Program-made: the position numbers and the translations under genes
From: an uncultured bacterium
Lineage (GTDB): Bacteria > Fidelibacterota > Marinisomatia > Marinisomatales > TCS56
DNA length: 64,000 bases
Direction: 5' to 3'
Assembly: GCA_964410945.1 (NCBI GenBank)
Contig: CAYPJE010000004.1
Location: 24,240 to 88,239, forward strand
Shown: positions 1-9,613 of the stretch, piece by piece
How the letters are laid out: each line of letters starts with the position of its first letter
Numbering within the stretch: the stretch's first letter is position 1
The notes under the pieces: generated by a model
Databases searched by the model: none
What the model was told of the DNA's origin: nothing
The model's input: only the letters and a program-made list of their open reading frames with translations

Positions 1-1704
1 CGGATTTACAGGTGTATCCACTGACCACCATATTGAATCTGATCCACCGATCAATTCCGGGTGGCCGTCATCATCAATATCAACCGATAAACGCAGATTC
101 AGAGTAGTATCGGGAAAACCGGTGACTATTAAATCAGAGTGAATGCTGATGGTCATAGTATCACCGGGGAAACCTATATCCTCAATAATAAGATGGCTGG
201 CAGCGCCCGAATTCGAGCGTGTATCAGGATAGGTATGGGGACCAAACACCAAGGGAAGGCCGGTCACATTCCGGTATAAATTTTCATACTCCGGATTCCC
301 CTGGTACCAGATATCACCAAAATAACCTGAGGTTGGATCGGTGAAAGTAAATACATTTATCTGTCCGATATCCTGGGCACCATCGGCCTCTTCCAGATCA
401 ACACCGCGGTGTTCCCGGTTCGCGTTTACGGTAAAATCCGCTATACCGGCATTAATCACATCTTCATCGATATGCCAGATCAAAAGACCCGATCCCGGTA
501 ATCCCAGATCATAATTTGGAATCTCGGTTACAACACCGATGGAATCAAATCCAATTGCGACCGAATCGAACAGTATTTCCACAAAAGGCGGATAACGAGG
601 ATTATCAATATCAGCTTCTTCTTCTGCCTTGTACATGGCCCAGCGGATCGAATCGATACTCACCTCCGGACGGAGCCAATTATTCCGGTTCTCGATCAAA
701 AAATATTCAGACTGGTTGAGATCCAGTTTTACCTGATTGCCATTCTCCCGCCGGATAACATCAATTTCATCGCCCGGGGCTGCGACTTCAGGTTCTTCCC
801 ATCCGGCATAGTAGCGCGCCCAGGCTACCGGCGGAGCAGGTATCAGTCCCCGGCCATTATTTGAACCCTGATCCATCAAACCGAAAATACCAACACCGGT
901 CTGCCCGGTTTCGATATTCCACAGCGGTGGAAATCCATTGGCAAAGCCAAACAACATAACAGCGGTACCCGTTAGACCGTACTGGTAATCACATGGTTCA
1001 CTGGCTCCGTAAAATATATCCTCGGAAATGGAATAAAGAAGGTGGTTCTGAGTTTCCGGTAGAATAATGCCCCGATCGATAATGTGACCGCCAACCGTGA
1101 TACCTGAAGATCCCAGATGTTCAGCGATCATATTCGGATCAACATAAGTTGAAGGAATGTCTTCCGGTGTCGGGTCAAGATAAGGCAGTTCAAAATCCTG
1201 GCCGATACCGGCATGATATACAATAACAACATCATAATCAGAGAAATCTATCTGATCTATAGAGTACGCCAATTCAACGGCATCCTTAAATAATTCCACC
1301 AACCTTAGTTCATGATTATCTTCATCACCGTAACCATGATAATAGGCCATCGAATCCGGTAATTCGTAACTGGCGTTTAGTCCAGCCGGGTATAAATCAG
1401 AATTATCCAGATCAATTCCAAACTGGTCTTTAGAAACCGAGCGGAAGTAATTATTCATCGCCTTAAGCTGGGCTTCGAAATATACTCGGTTATGCGGTGG
1501 CGGATCGATTGTGTAATTGCCACAGGTATCATAATCCGCATCGATCATGAATTGTCCAGTCCCGGTTGTGCCGGGATTTGAATCGGATTTAAATGATACC
1601 CGGAGTGCGGCCACTTTCCTGAAGCCGGTTATATCAGCATAAATCAATCCGGTTAATAGAATGAAGTAAAGTGCAACAGCCCTTTTTCTGGCGCTCACAA
1701 TCAT
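1..1704 (-). CDS. Secreted M6 (immune inhibitor A)-like protein. The 5' end is complete and the 3' end runs off the left window edge. The expected HExxH position reads MLFGF.
   Basis: This gene is absent from the ORF track because there is no stop codon inside the window. The minus frame is open from ATG 1704-1702 down to nt 1 (568 codons, hand-translated). The N-terminus MIVSARKRAVALYFILLTGLIYA looks like a signal peptide. The blocks GLMDQGSNNGRGLIPAPPVAWARYYAGW and GLLIWHIDEDVIN...GVDLEEADG resemble M6/InhA-type domains as I remember them. An Asp-rich DIDDDGHPELIGG segment lies near the window edge. Confidence 0.6.
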   Translation of the reverse strand, partial: MIVSARKRAVALYFILLTGLIYADITGFRKVAALRVSFKSDSNPGTTGTGQFMIDADYDTCGNYTIDPPPHNRVYFEAQLKAMNNYFRSVSKDQFGIDLDNSDLYPAGLNASYELPDSMAYYHGYGDEDNHELRLVELFKDAVELAYSIDQIDFSDYDVVIVYHAGIGQDFELPYLDPTPEDIPSTYVDPNMIAEHLGSSGITVGGHIIDRGIILPETQNHLLYSISEDIFYGASEPCDYQYGLTGTAVMLFGFANGFPPLWNIETGQTGVGIFGLMDQGSNNGRGLIPAPPVAWARYYAGWEEPEVAAPGDEIDVIRRENGNQVKLDLNQSEYFLIENRNNWLRPEVSIDSIRWAMYKAEEEADIDNPRYPPFVEILFDSVAIGFDSIGVVTEIPNYDLGLPGSGLLIWHIDEDVINAGIADFTVNANREHRGVDLEEADGAQDIGQINVFTFTDPTSGYFGDIWYQGNPEYENLYRNVTGLPLVFGPHTYPDTRSNSGAASHLIIEDIGFPGDTMTISIHSDLIVTGFPDTTLNLRLSVDIDDDGHPELIGGSDSIWWSVDTPVNP

Positions 1705-1730
1705 CGACCTTTTAGCTTAAATGGATAAAA

Positions 1731-3041
1731 TTAAAACTCGATATTCAACGAAAAACGCATGGTATTTGACAGGGCATCGTACTCATCACCATAGATATAG
1801 CCAAAATCAAAACCATAGCCTGAGAAACGCAGTCCGAAACCCAAGGTCATATTGCTGATTTTGCCGGTCTTATCGTAATAATAACCGGCGCGCAGAGCAA
1901 AATTGTTGGAATACCAGTATTCCATACCGATATTGTGGACCAGTTTATCAACCTCGTCCATGATCGAACGATCATCACCGGTGCCGACTTCCTTCTCACC
2001 ATCTTTATTATATTTGCCATAATCATCATCGCCATATGAACCACCGGATGGGACCCAATTGTCATCACCCTGTTTAACATAGCCACCGATTACACCGTCG
2101 GAATCCAAATCGATATCGCCGCCAAGCAGCCAGTCATCCACCCAGGAGGTAAATACCCCCAGATAGATCGGATCGGTGTGGGCTGTTTCGCGCTGACCAT
2201 CTTTATTGTATTCAGCATTGGCGGTTGACGGATGACCATCTTCATCAAATTGTCCAACCAACCCATCTCCATCCCAGTCCATGTCCGGATAGGATGCCAC
2301 CAGCATTTTATCAATATCATAGACCAGGCTGAGACGATTATAGGGAGTATCAACCAGTTTGTAGTTAAAGCCCAGTGTGAAATTGGTCGGCTGGGGATCG
2401 GCCTGGGCGGCATCGATAAAGGCCACCTTTGGTCCGATATTTGTCACAGTCAAACCAAGATCCAGTTTATTTCTTAATAATCCTTTACGCATATATCCAA
2501 TATCGAAACCGAAATCAGTAGATGTACCCTTACCAATCTCACCACCGGCACCAACATCGGTCAAATGTTGATAGGATATTTTTGCATTGATACCTATCGA
2601 TGAATTTTGCGACAAAAGTGCGCTGTAACTCCCTGCAATCGCAAACATATAGGTGGTGAAGGTTCCCAGATCTTCAGCTAATTCGCCGGTGCGCTGCTGT
2701 TCTCCGAGATTCAGGAAGATAAGGTGACCGCCAAGTGTACCCAGGTTTTCGACATGATCCCGATAAGCGAAAAATTCATAGTACAAATCATCGGCCAGAT
2801 TAGGCAGCCAGTTGACATGCATAACCGCCAATTCCGATCCCTTCAGGAAACCCAGTCCGGCCGGATTCCAGTAACTGGCATAGGCATCATTGGCGACTGC
2901 TACCTGGGCCTCACCCATACCGCCGGCACGAGCTCCGGGTGATATTAATAGAAATATGGCTCCTGCCTCACTCTGTGCCTGCAGGATTCCAAAGGTCGAC
3001 ATCAGTACTGACAACGACAATACGAGCAATTTAATCTTCAA
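1731..3041 (-). CDS. PorV/PorQ-family outer-membrane beta-barrel protein with an Asp-rich insertion
   Basis: 436-aa ORF with a TTG start, preceded by GGAGG (3052-3048) at a 6-nt spacing. Signal peptide MKIKLLVLSLSVLMSTFGILQA. The motif FLLISPGARAGGMGEAQVAVANDAYASYWNPAGLG is typical of PorV/PorQ-type barrels. The sequence alternates beta-strand-like segments and ends in Phe. Confidence 0.75.
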   Translation of the reverse strand: MKIKLLVLSLSVLMSTFGILQAQSEAGAIFLLISPGARAGGMGEAQVAVANDAYASYWNPAGLGFLKGSELAVMHVNWLPNLADDLYYEFFAYRDHVENLGTLGGHLIFLNLGEQQRTGELAEDLGTFTTYMFAIAGSYSALLSQNSSIGINAKISYQHLTDVGAGGEIGKGTSTDFGFDIGYMRKGLLRNKLDLGLTVTNIGPKVAFIDAAQADPQPTNFTLGFNYKLVDTPYNRLSLVYDIDKMLVASYPDMDWDGDGLVGQFDEDGHPSTANAEYNKDGQRETAHTDPIYLGVFTSWVDDWLLGGDIDLDSDGVIGGYVKQGDDNWVPSGGSYGDDDYGKYNKDGEKEVGTGDDRSIMDEVDKLVHNIGMEYWYSNNFALRAGYYYDKTGKISNMTLGFGLRFSGYGFDFGYIYGDEYDALSNTMRFSLNIEF

Positions 3042-3238
3042 TTGCGACCTCCATAAGTATGATTACCACAGTTGGGATAACCATTTTTTCGCAGATTTTT
3101 CTTAACGACGATTAACGTTGTCCTATCAGTACCTCCATAAAATGACGATAAACTTATTTTGGGTAGTTATATACAGTCAAGATATGATTTCTGTTTACTA
3201 ATGTTCCCGTTAATGAAGTGACTTACATCATCAGGTTG

Positions 3239-5047
3239 TTAAAACAATAATCCAATCGACAAAAACGGCAGGTAGGTAATCAATAAAACGACAGCCAGTC
3301 GTATCAGGAAAAATGGCAGGGTTGCTTTATATATTACCGGCATCGGTTCCTCGAACCGATAGGCCGACAGAAATAGGTTCATCCCAACAGGCGGGGTTAG
3401 AAAACCCAGCTCCAGGTTGGCAATAAAAATGATTCCCAGATGCACCGGATCGATTCCAAAATGAATACCTAACGGTGCGATCAAAGGAACGACCACGATA
3501 ATGGCTGAAAAAATATCCATTAAACAGCCAACGGCCAGCAAAAATACATTCAACAAGATCAGAAAGGCATACTTAGATGATATCATCGACTGAACCAGGT
3601 TAAGCAGGCGCATCGGTATTTGTGCATCCACCAGGTAGCTGGTCAATCCCATGGCGACACCAAGAATGATTAAAACGCCGCCAATCAGGGTCGCGCAATC
3701 AATAATAATTTTTGGAAGTTGCTTAACACTCAAGTCTTTATAAATAAATACTTCAACAATAAATACATATACCGTAGTAAAAGCCGCTGTTTCAACCAGG
3801 GTTGTAAAACCGCCAAAGATACCGGCCAGGATACCGATCGGAATAACCGCTTCCCATTTTGATTCCCATAGGACTTTCAAAGCTGTATTTGCATTAAATC
3901 CGGTTCGTTTAATATGATCGACGCGGCCCTGCCGTATTCCCCAAACTGCTATCGTTAATACCAGAATTAAACCCGGTATTAAACCGGCTATAAACATATT
4001 CTTTACTGAAACACCTGCCGTAACGCCATAGATTATCGCCGGTAAACTCGGTGGAAACAGTAATCCCAGTGATCCGGAAACTGTTACCAACCCGATTGCA
4101 AATACCCGGGAATACCCCTCACGAATCAGTAGTGGAACAAGCAATCCGCCCAGTGCCAGGATTGTTACTCCGGAACCACCTGTTAAAGTGGTGAAAAAAC
4201 CACAGAGAATTACGACTACCACCGGGGTTCCGCCAGGAATCCATCCGAACCAGGTCCTGAATAATTTCAACATGCGTCCCGAGGCACCGCCACCAGCCAG
4301 GATATATCCGGCCAGTGTGAACAGTGGTATCGTTGGTAATGTCGGTGAAACTACGATCCGGTAAGTTTCAGCTGGTATGGCCGATACCGGTACAAAGGAA
4401 TTCCAGAACAATAAAACCGCTGCTCCACCCAGTCCAATGAAGATGGGCATACCGAAAATGAAACCGGTCAGCAATAGTCCGATCCCCAGAACGATTGTGA
4501 TCGCACTGTCCTGCAGGAAACCAGTCATCCCCAGGACAAAGATGATAACCGTTGCTATCAATAACGTGGCGCGCTGGAGCCGGTCGGAATAACTGCTGTG
4601 GTAAATCTGGAGGGCGATCAATCCAAAACCCAGAGGCATGATGGATTGCGCCAGCCAGATCGGAATCCCCGGTGCAAGTTCCCGGGGATAGGCTAATTCA
4701 ACCTTAACCAGTTTCCAACTGCCCCACATCAAAGCCAGGACGATCATAAAGGATAATGTTTTTGCCAGCCAGCGTCCAGTGTGAATTTCATTTTCCTGTG
4801 TAAATAGCGGTTTTACAGTCAGTGACAGTAATTTATTCTGCCTGGTTGCCAGAACAGCTCCGATAAATCCAATCCATAGGGTCAGATGTTGCACGATCAT
4901 TGCGGAAGATGGGATTCCCGGACGGCCAAAAGCTCTGAGGACAGTCTCATTAACCGGTAAAAATGTGATTACAAAAAATACAATCAGAGCCAGGGTATCT
5001 TCCCCCCAGCGTACCCGATTAATAAAGTTGGTAGCCAGCTTATTCAA
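3239..5047 (-). CDS. TRAP transporter fused small/large permease (DctQ-DctM fusion)
   Basis: 602-aa polytopic membrane protein. An N-terminal DctQ-like four-helix part is followed by a DctM-like body. It lies directly downstream of a DctP-type binding-protein gene, with an 8-nt gap. Confidence 0.85.
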   Translation of the reverse strand: MNKLATNFINRVRWGEDTLALIVFFVITFLPVNETVLRAFGRPGIPSSAMIVQHLTLWIGFIGAVLATRQNKLLSLTVKPLFTQENEIHTGRWLAKTLSFMIVLALMWGSWKLVKVELAYPRELAPGIPIWLAQSIMPLGFGLIALQIYHSSYSDRLQRATLLIATVIIFVLGMTGFLQDSAITIVLGIGLLLTGFIFGMPIFIGLGGAAVLLFWNSFVPVSAIPAETYRIVVSPTLPTIPLFTLAGYILAGGGASGRMLKLFRTWFGWIPGGTPVVVVILCGFFTTLTGGSGVTILALGGLLVPLLIREGYSRVFAIGLVTVSGSLGLLFPPSLPAIIYGVTAGVSVKNMFIAGLIPGLILVLTIAVWGIRQGRVDHIKRTGFNANTALKVLWESKWEAVIPIGILAGIFGGFTTLVETAAFTTVYVFIVEVFIYKDLSVKQLPKIIIDCATLIGGVLIILGVAMGLTSYLVDAQIPMRLLNLVQSMISSKYAFLILLNVFLLAVGCLMDIFSAIIVVVPLIAPLGIHFGIDPVHLGIIFIANLELGFLTPPVGMNLFLSAYRFEEPMPVIYKATLPFFLIRLAVVLLITYLPFLSIGLLF

Positions 5048-5055
5048 AATATAAT

Positions 5056-6060
5056 TTATTCTGCTTCTGTTTCTTGGGCGCGGCGTTCTTCCATCAGCTG
5101 TACAACGCGATCAAATATTTCAGCGGGAATCAGGCTGCCCCTGATTTCAGGATAAAACGACCGGGTCAATTCCAACCAGGATTGATATTCTTCCGCAGTT
5201 GGATGATGGACCTTCAACCCGTATTCTTCCATCACTTCAATCGCCTTTTCATCCATATGGCGGTTTATTTCCTGCTGTTTCAATCCAATTTCCTTTGCGA
5301 TCACAAGCATTTGCTCACGATGCTCGGGACTGATCTTTTCCCAGGTCTTTTTATCTATTACCGTCCCACCGGTAACCAGCCCCCATTTCATCTCCAGCAT
5401 ATGGGGAGCCGGACCGAAAAACTGATTTGAAAGGGCCATAATAGCTGGTGTGGCCAACGCATCTATTAATCCGGTCTGTAAACCGGATAAGACATCGATA
5501 TAGGCCAGTTGCACTGACTCATAACCGGCGGTCTGCCAAAGTTTAGTACTTTGATAATCACCGGCCCAGGTAAAAATGCGCATTTTCTTCAAATCCTGGG
5601 GCAATATCAGCGGATCGCGAGCAAACCAGTAAGCCCAACCTACATCACCCCAATTTATTATTACAAAGCCATTGTCTTCAAATTCAGCCGCCAGACCAGG
5701 GGCAATGTGTTCCCGGATGTAATCGACATCATCGTAATCCTGGAAGATCATCGGAACCAGAAATCCGAATACATTACGGGAAATTTCCGAAAGCCCTTCC
5801 GTAGTTACTGCCGCACCGTGGATCTGTCCGATCCGGATTTTCCGAATCATGTCCCGTTCATCCCCTACTACGCCACTTGGATAAAGCCTTAACGCTACCT
5901 GCCCATCAGTAGCTTCCTTCCAGCGCTGGCCCATTTCAACCATCAGGCCATGCATATCCGATCCCTGGGGTGCCAACGTGGCCATTTTGATTATTACCGG
6001 CTTGGCCCAGGCCGATGTAAAAAGAAGTATTGCCAATAATGTTCTGGTATGCGATTTCAT
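5056..6060 (-). CDS. TRAP transporter substrate-binding protein (DctP family)
   Basis: 334 aa with a signal peptide (MKSHTRTLLAILLFTSAWA). Its size and periplasmic-binding-protein character fit the family, and it sits between a TatT-like gene and a DctQM gene. Confidence 0.85.
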   Translation of the reverse strand: MKSHTRTLLAILLFTSAWAKPVIIKMATLAPQGSDMHGLMVEMGQRWKEATDGQVALRLYPSGVVGDERDMIRKIRIGQIHGAAVTTEGLSEISRNVFGFLVPMIFQDYDDVDYIREHIAPGLAAEFEDNGFVIINWGDVGWAYWFARDPLILPQDLKKMRIFTWAGDYQSTKLWQTAGYESVQLAYIDVLSGLQTGLIDALATPAIMALSNQFFGPAPHMLEMKWGLVTGGTVIDKKTWEKISPEHREQMLVIAKEIGLKQQEINRHMDEKAIEVMEEYGLKVHHPTAEEYQSWLELTRSFYPEIRGSLIPAEIFDRVVQLMEERRAQETEAE

Positions 6061-6069
6061 AGTATCCTG

Positions 6070-6996
6070 TCAGTAAAAAAGTTCATCTTCACGGCTCAAC
6101 AGCCAACGGGCACGATCCTGGGCCAGTAAATTTGATAGACGATTTTCCGGTGCTGAATCAACATCAAAATCGATGGCAGTCTGCAAGAATTCAATGAATT
6201 CTTCCCGATTTTGATTACGGATTGAAAACGTCTCAGCCGCCGAGACATACAGGCTGCAATCCTTGCCAGCGCTGATTTCTATAGCCTTCTGAAAATATTT
6301 GCGGGCAATTTCCTCAGAATTAGCTTTCATATCCGGTCGACTCAATTCATAACTCATCATAGCGCTATAAATGGTACCATTTCCCCAATCGCTGTCCAAT
6401 TCCATAATTCGCTCGAACAGGTAGCCGACTTCAGGCAAATCTATCAGCAATTGCGGATTACCCTGACTGGCAATAATTGCACCGGCCTGGGCAGCCGCCA
6501 TCCAATACATTGCGTCAATCTGATCAACTTCCAACATCCCGACTGCTTGGACCGGGTCGAGTTTGAATGCTGCTCCAAAGCCATTCACCTGCGACTCCAG
6601 AGATCGCAGACCGTAGTTACGGCCCCTGAGCATCAATTTCTCGGCTCGTTTATAAAGCCGACGACTTGCCGCTATATCCTCAACTGCCATTCGATCAGCA
6701 TCTTCCATTATATAGGCATAGCCGTACATCGTAAAACCCGAAGCGGCAGCGGTCAGTAAATTAGAATTTTCCGGCGACTGCTGAATCAATAATTCAATGG
6801 CCTTTAAATTGAACGGGAAGGCTTCTCTGACCAACTCGGGATCGTCCTCAGTCAGATATAAATCACCGGCCGATCCAAATGAATTCCCAACTCGGTCAAT
6901 TATAAAAACAGTTGGCGAACAACCTGTAAGAACAATCAGAAAAATGAAAAATAAAAAAGGGCGGGCAATTATTCCGGGGTTAATCCGTCCAAGCAT
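6070..6996 (-). CDS. TatT-family TPR lipoprotein associated with the TRAP transporter (T-component of a TPAT system)
   Basis: The ORF track extends to 7095 and would then overlap glyA by 83 nt. The ATG at 6996 gives MLGRINPGIIARPFLFFIFLIVLTGC, which carries an LTGC lipobox. The body is helical and TPR-like. The gene order T-P-QM matches that described for Treponema TatT systems. Confidence 0.7.
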   Translation of the reverse strand: MLGRINPGIIARPFLFFIFLIVLTGCSPTVFIIDRVGNSFGSAGDLYLTEDDPELVREAFPFNLKAIELLIQQSPENSNLLTAAASGFTMYGYAYIMEDADRMAVEDIAASRRLYKRAEKLMLRGRNYGLRSLESQVNGFGAAFKLDPVQAVGMLEVDQIDAMYWMAAAQAGAIIASQGNPQLLIDLPEVGYLFERIMELDSDWGNGTIYSAMMSYELSRPDMKANSEEIARKYFQKAIEISAGKDCSLYVSAAETFSIRNQNREEFIEFLQTAIDFDVDSAPENRLSNLLAQDRARWLLSREDELFY

Positions 6997-7012
6997 CAAT
7001 AACCGGCTGCAA

Positions 7013-8326
7013 TCAATGAATTTCCCGGTAAAGCGGAAACGCATCACAGAGTGAATTGACATCTGATTTGGTTCGATCCAGGAAATCTTCATCATCGGGA
7101 TTACTGATTACCTGATCAATCAGGTCACAGATAACTTTGATTTCCGCTTCTTTCATCCCTCTGGTGGTAACTGCCGGTGTTCCGACCCGGATACCACTGG
7201 TAATAAAGGGACTTTTGGTATCAAATGGAACCATGTTCTTATTGACTGTTATCCCGGCTTTTTCCAAAGCGTTTTCAGCCTTTTTCCCGGAGATTCCCTT
7301 ATTCGTAAGGTCAATCAGCACCAAATGCGTATCAGTGCCTCCCGATATTAAATTATAATCCCGGTTCAGAAATTCTGTTGCCATAGTCTGTGCGTTAATG
7401 ATTACCTGTCTGGTATAGTCCTTGAATTCAGGCCTTAAAGCTTCACCGAAAGCAACTGCCTTGGCAGCTATCACATGCATTAAAGGTCCACCCTGGATTC
7501 CAGGCATAACCATTGAATCAATCAACTCGGAAACCATTTTTACCCGTCCGGACTTGGGAGCGACTTTACCCCAGACATTTTCCGTATCCTTGCCAAGCAG
7601 TATCATCCCCCCCCGGGGTCCGCGCAAGGTTTTGTGGGTAGTGGTGGTTACTACATCACAGTACTCCATTGGCGACGGATGAAGACCGGTAGCAACCAAT
7701 CCCGAAGGATGGGCTATATCGGCCATGAGAAAAGCTCCGCATTTATCGGCAACTTCCCGAAACTGCTCGAATTCGATAAACCGTGGGTAGGCGCTGCCAC
7801 CACAAATGATCAATTTGGGTTTATGTTCTCTGGCCAGTCGATTTACTTCGTCAAAATCAACCCGTCCGTTTTCTTTATCAACGTGATATGATATCACATT
7901 GAATAACCTTCCGGAGAAGTTGACCGGACTCCCATGGGTAAGATGTCCTCCATGGGATAGATCCAGCCCGAGGATCGTATCGCCTACTTCAAGGAATGTG
8001 AGTAAAGCGGCCATATTAGCCTGGGAACCGGAATGAGGCTGAACATTAGCATATTCAGCCCCAAATAATTCTTTGGCCCGGTCGCGGGCCAGATTTTCTG
8101 CTTCGTCCACATGCTGGCAACCACCGTAGTAGCGCTTGCCGGGGTAACCTTCCGCGTATTTATTGGTCATAACACCGCCCGCCATCTCCAATACCGGATA
8201 GCTGACAAAGTTCTCAGAAGCGATTAATTCCAGAGTGGAATCTTCACGGTTGATTTCTCGATCCAGAATTGCGTGCATTTCCGGATCGGAAGCCTTTAAA
8301 TGACTAAAAACGGAAGAAGTACTCAT
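7013..8326 (-). CDS. glyA: Serine hydroxymethyltransferase
   Basis: 437 aa. Motifs [16 protein letters not shown] and [14 protein letters not shown] (PLP lysine) are present. Confidence 0.97.
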   Translation of the reverse strand: MSTSSVFSHLKASDPEMHAILDREINREDSTLELIASENFVSYPVLEMAGGVMTNKYAEGYPGKRYYGGCQHVDEAENLARDRAKELFGAEYANVQPHSGSQANMAALLTFLEVGDTILGLDLSHGGHLTHGSPVNFSGRLFNVISYHVDKENGRVDFDEVNRLAREHKPKLIICGGSAYPRFIEFEQFREVADKCGAFLMADIAHPSGLVATGLHPSPMEYCDVVTTTTHKTLRGPRGGMILLGKDTENVWGKVAPKSGRVKMVSELIDSMVMPGIQGGPLMHVIAAKAVAFGEALRPEFKDYTRQVIINAQTMATEFLNRDYNLISGGTDTHLVLIDLTNKGISGKKAENALEKAGITVNKNMVPFDTKSPFITSGIRVGTPAVTTRGMKEAEIKVICDLIDQVISNPDDEDFLDRTKSDVNSLCDAFPLYREIH

Positions 8327-8343
8327 TAATTTACCCTAACTAT

Positions 8344-9612
8344 TTACCAGGATGCATCTTTCGTGAGTTTTTCGCTAACCCATTCGTAGCAACCGTTTCC
8401 GGTTTCCACATAACCAATACTTTGCTGCTCGGGAGTCAACATGAACCACTGTTGTTTACGGAAGATGACATCTTTTTCATTCTCCTGCAACCAACGGCGA
8501 TTGCTGCTTTTCCTGGTAAAACCAAGTTTCTCAGCTTCCAGATAATTTCTCAATGCCAATGTTGCCACAATGCGATCCTCATCCCTGATACTGCTGGTAC
8601 GACAGGTATTGAAAGATTTATAGTACACATTCGCCTTCTGCGCAATAGCTGCCCCATCTTTTGGAGCAAGTGAGATAGCACGGTTTGCCCAGCGCATTGC
8701 TTTTTCAAAATCAAGAGCCAGCTCATTTATCTCAGAAATCTTAATTGCCAACTGTACGTCACGGGGATCAAGTTTGAACAGTTTCTCATAGGCCAGCGAC
8801 GATTCTTCCAGCTCATTTGCGGCAAACAGGGATTCTCCCTTCAAACGATACAGTGGCTTACTATTCGGATCCTCAATCAAACCATCTTCAATAAATTCGA
8901 CGGCATCAATCGCCCGGCCATTGTCAACCAGCCGGCGGGAAAGATCGATTATATATGAAATATTATCCGGGTTATCTTTTACTCGCTGAATATACCACTC
9001 CAATGGATCACCGCCAATCATCTCTGTAGCGATAGCAATTTCGCTGGTAGCTTCTTCGTTATTGGGGTCTATTTTCAGTAATTGTCTCAGGACGAAAATC
9101 TGATCTTTGTACAATTCCTGATCTTTGTATAAACCAGCTAATTCGGACATCGTCTCCGTATCGGTAGAATCAAGTCCGATCACTTTCTCATACTCATTGA
9201 TTTCCTGCTCAATTTTGCCCTGTTTCTTATAAGAATAAGCCAGACGTTTACGCAAGGGCAGATTATCAGGTAGTTTTTGCAGACCCTTAAGGAGAACATA
9301 TTCGGAGCTGTCGTAGTGGCTCATGAATTCATAAGCGATCGCATAATAAAGATATACTTCTTCCTCTTCTCCGCGGTCGCAACCCATCTCGACAATATCA
9401 TTATAAACGCGGACAGTCGATTTCCAGTCACGATTCTTATAGTACTCAGCTGCACTACTTAATAGACGGGGGCAACGAACCTGTCGTAGTGAATCCAAAC
9501 GTTTTTGCTCGGCCAGGGCAGCTGCATCGGCACCATCATCCGGCGGGACGCACATAGTAATAAATGCCAGTACCAAACTGAGTAAGGCGGTTTTTAAAAT
9601 AAACTGTTTCAT
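8344..9612 (-). CDS. Secreted or lipid-anchored TPR-repeat protein
   Basis: The ATG at 9612 gives MKQFILKTALLSLVLAFITMC, a signal peptide with Cys at the cleavage region. Multiple TPR-like repeats follow. The start lies 1 nt from the stop of the upstream barrel gene. Confidence 0.7.
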   Translation of the reverse strand: MKQFILKTALLSLVLAFITMCVPPDDGADAAALAEQKRLDSLRQVRCPRLLSSAAEYYKNRDWKSTVRVYNDIVEMGCDRGEEEEVYLYYAIAYEFMSHYDSSEYVLLKGLQKLPDNLPLRKRLAYSYKKQGKIEQEINEYEKVIGLDSTDTETMSELAGLYKDQELYKDQIFVLRQLLKIDPNNEEATSEIAIATEMIGGDPLEWYIQRVKDNPDNISYIIDLSRRLVDNGRAIDAVEFIEDGLIEDPNSKPLYRLKGESLFAANELEESSLAYEKLFKLDPRDVQLAIKISEINELALDFEKAMRWANRAISLAPKDGAAIAQKANVYYKSFNTCRTSSIRDEDRIVATLALRNYLEAEKLGFTRKSSNRRWLQENEKDVIFRKQQWFMLTPEQQSIGYVETGNGCYEWVSEKLTKDASW

Positions 9613-9613
9613 T

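Noticed and set aside
516-719. A 67-aa plus-strand ORF, the only track entry in the first 1.7 kb
   Set aside because: The region is covered by a 568-codon open minus-strand frame with a signal peptide and conserved protease-family blocks. The short plus ORF is a shadow.
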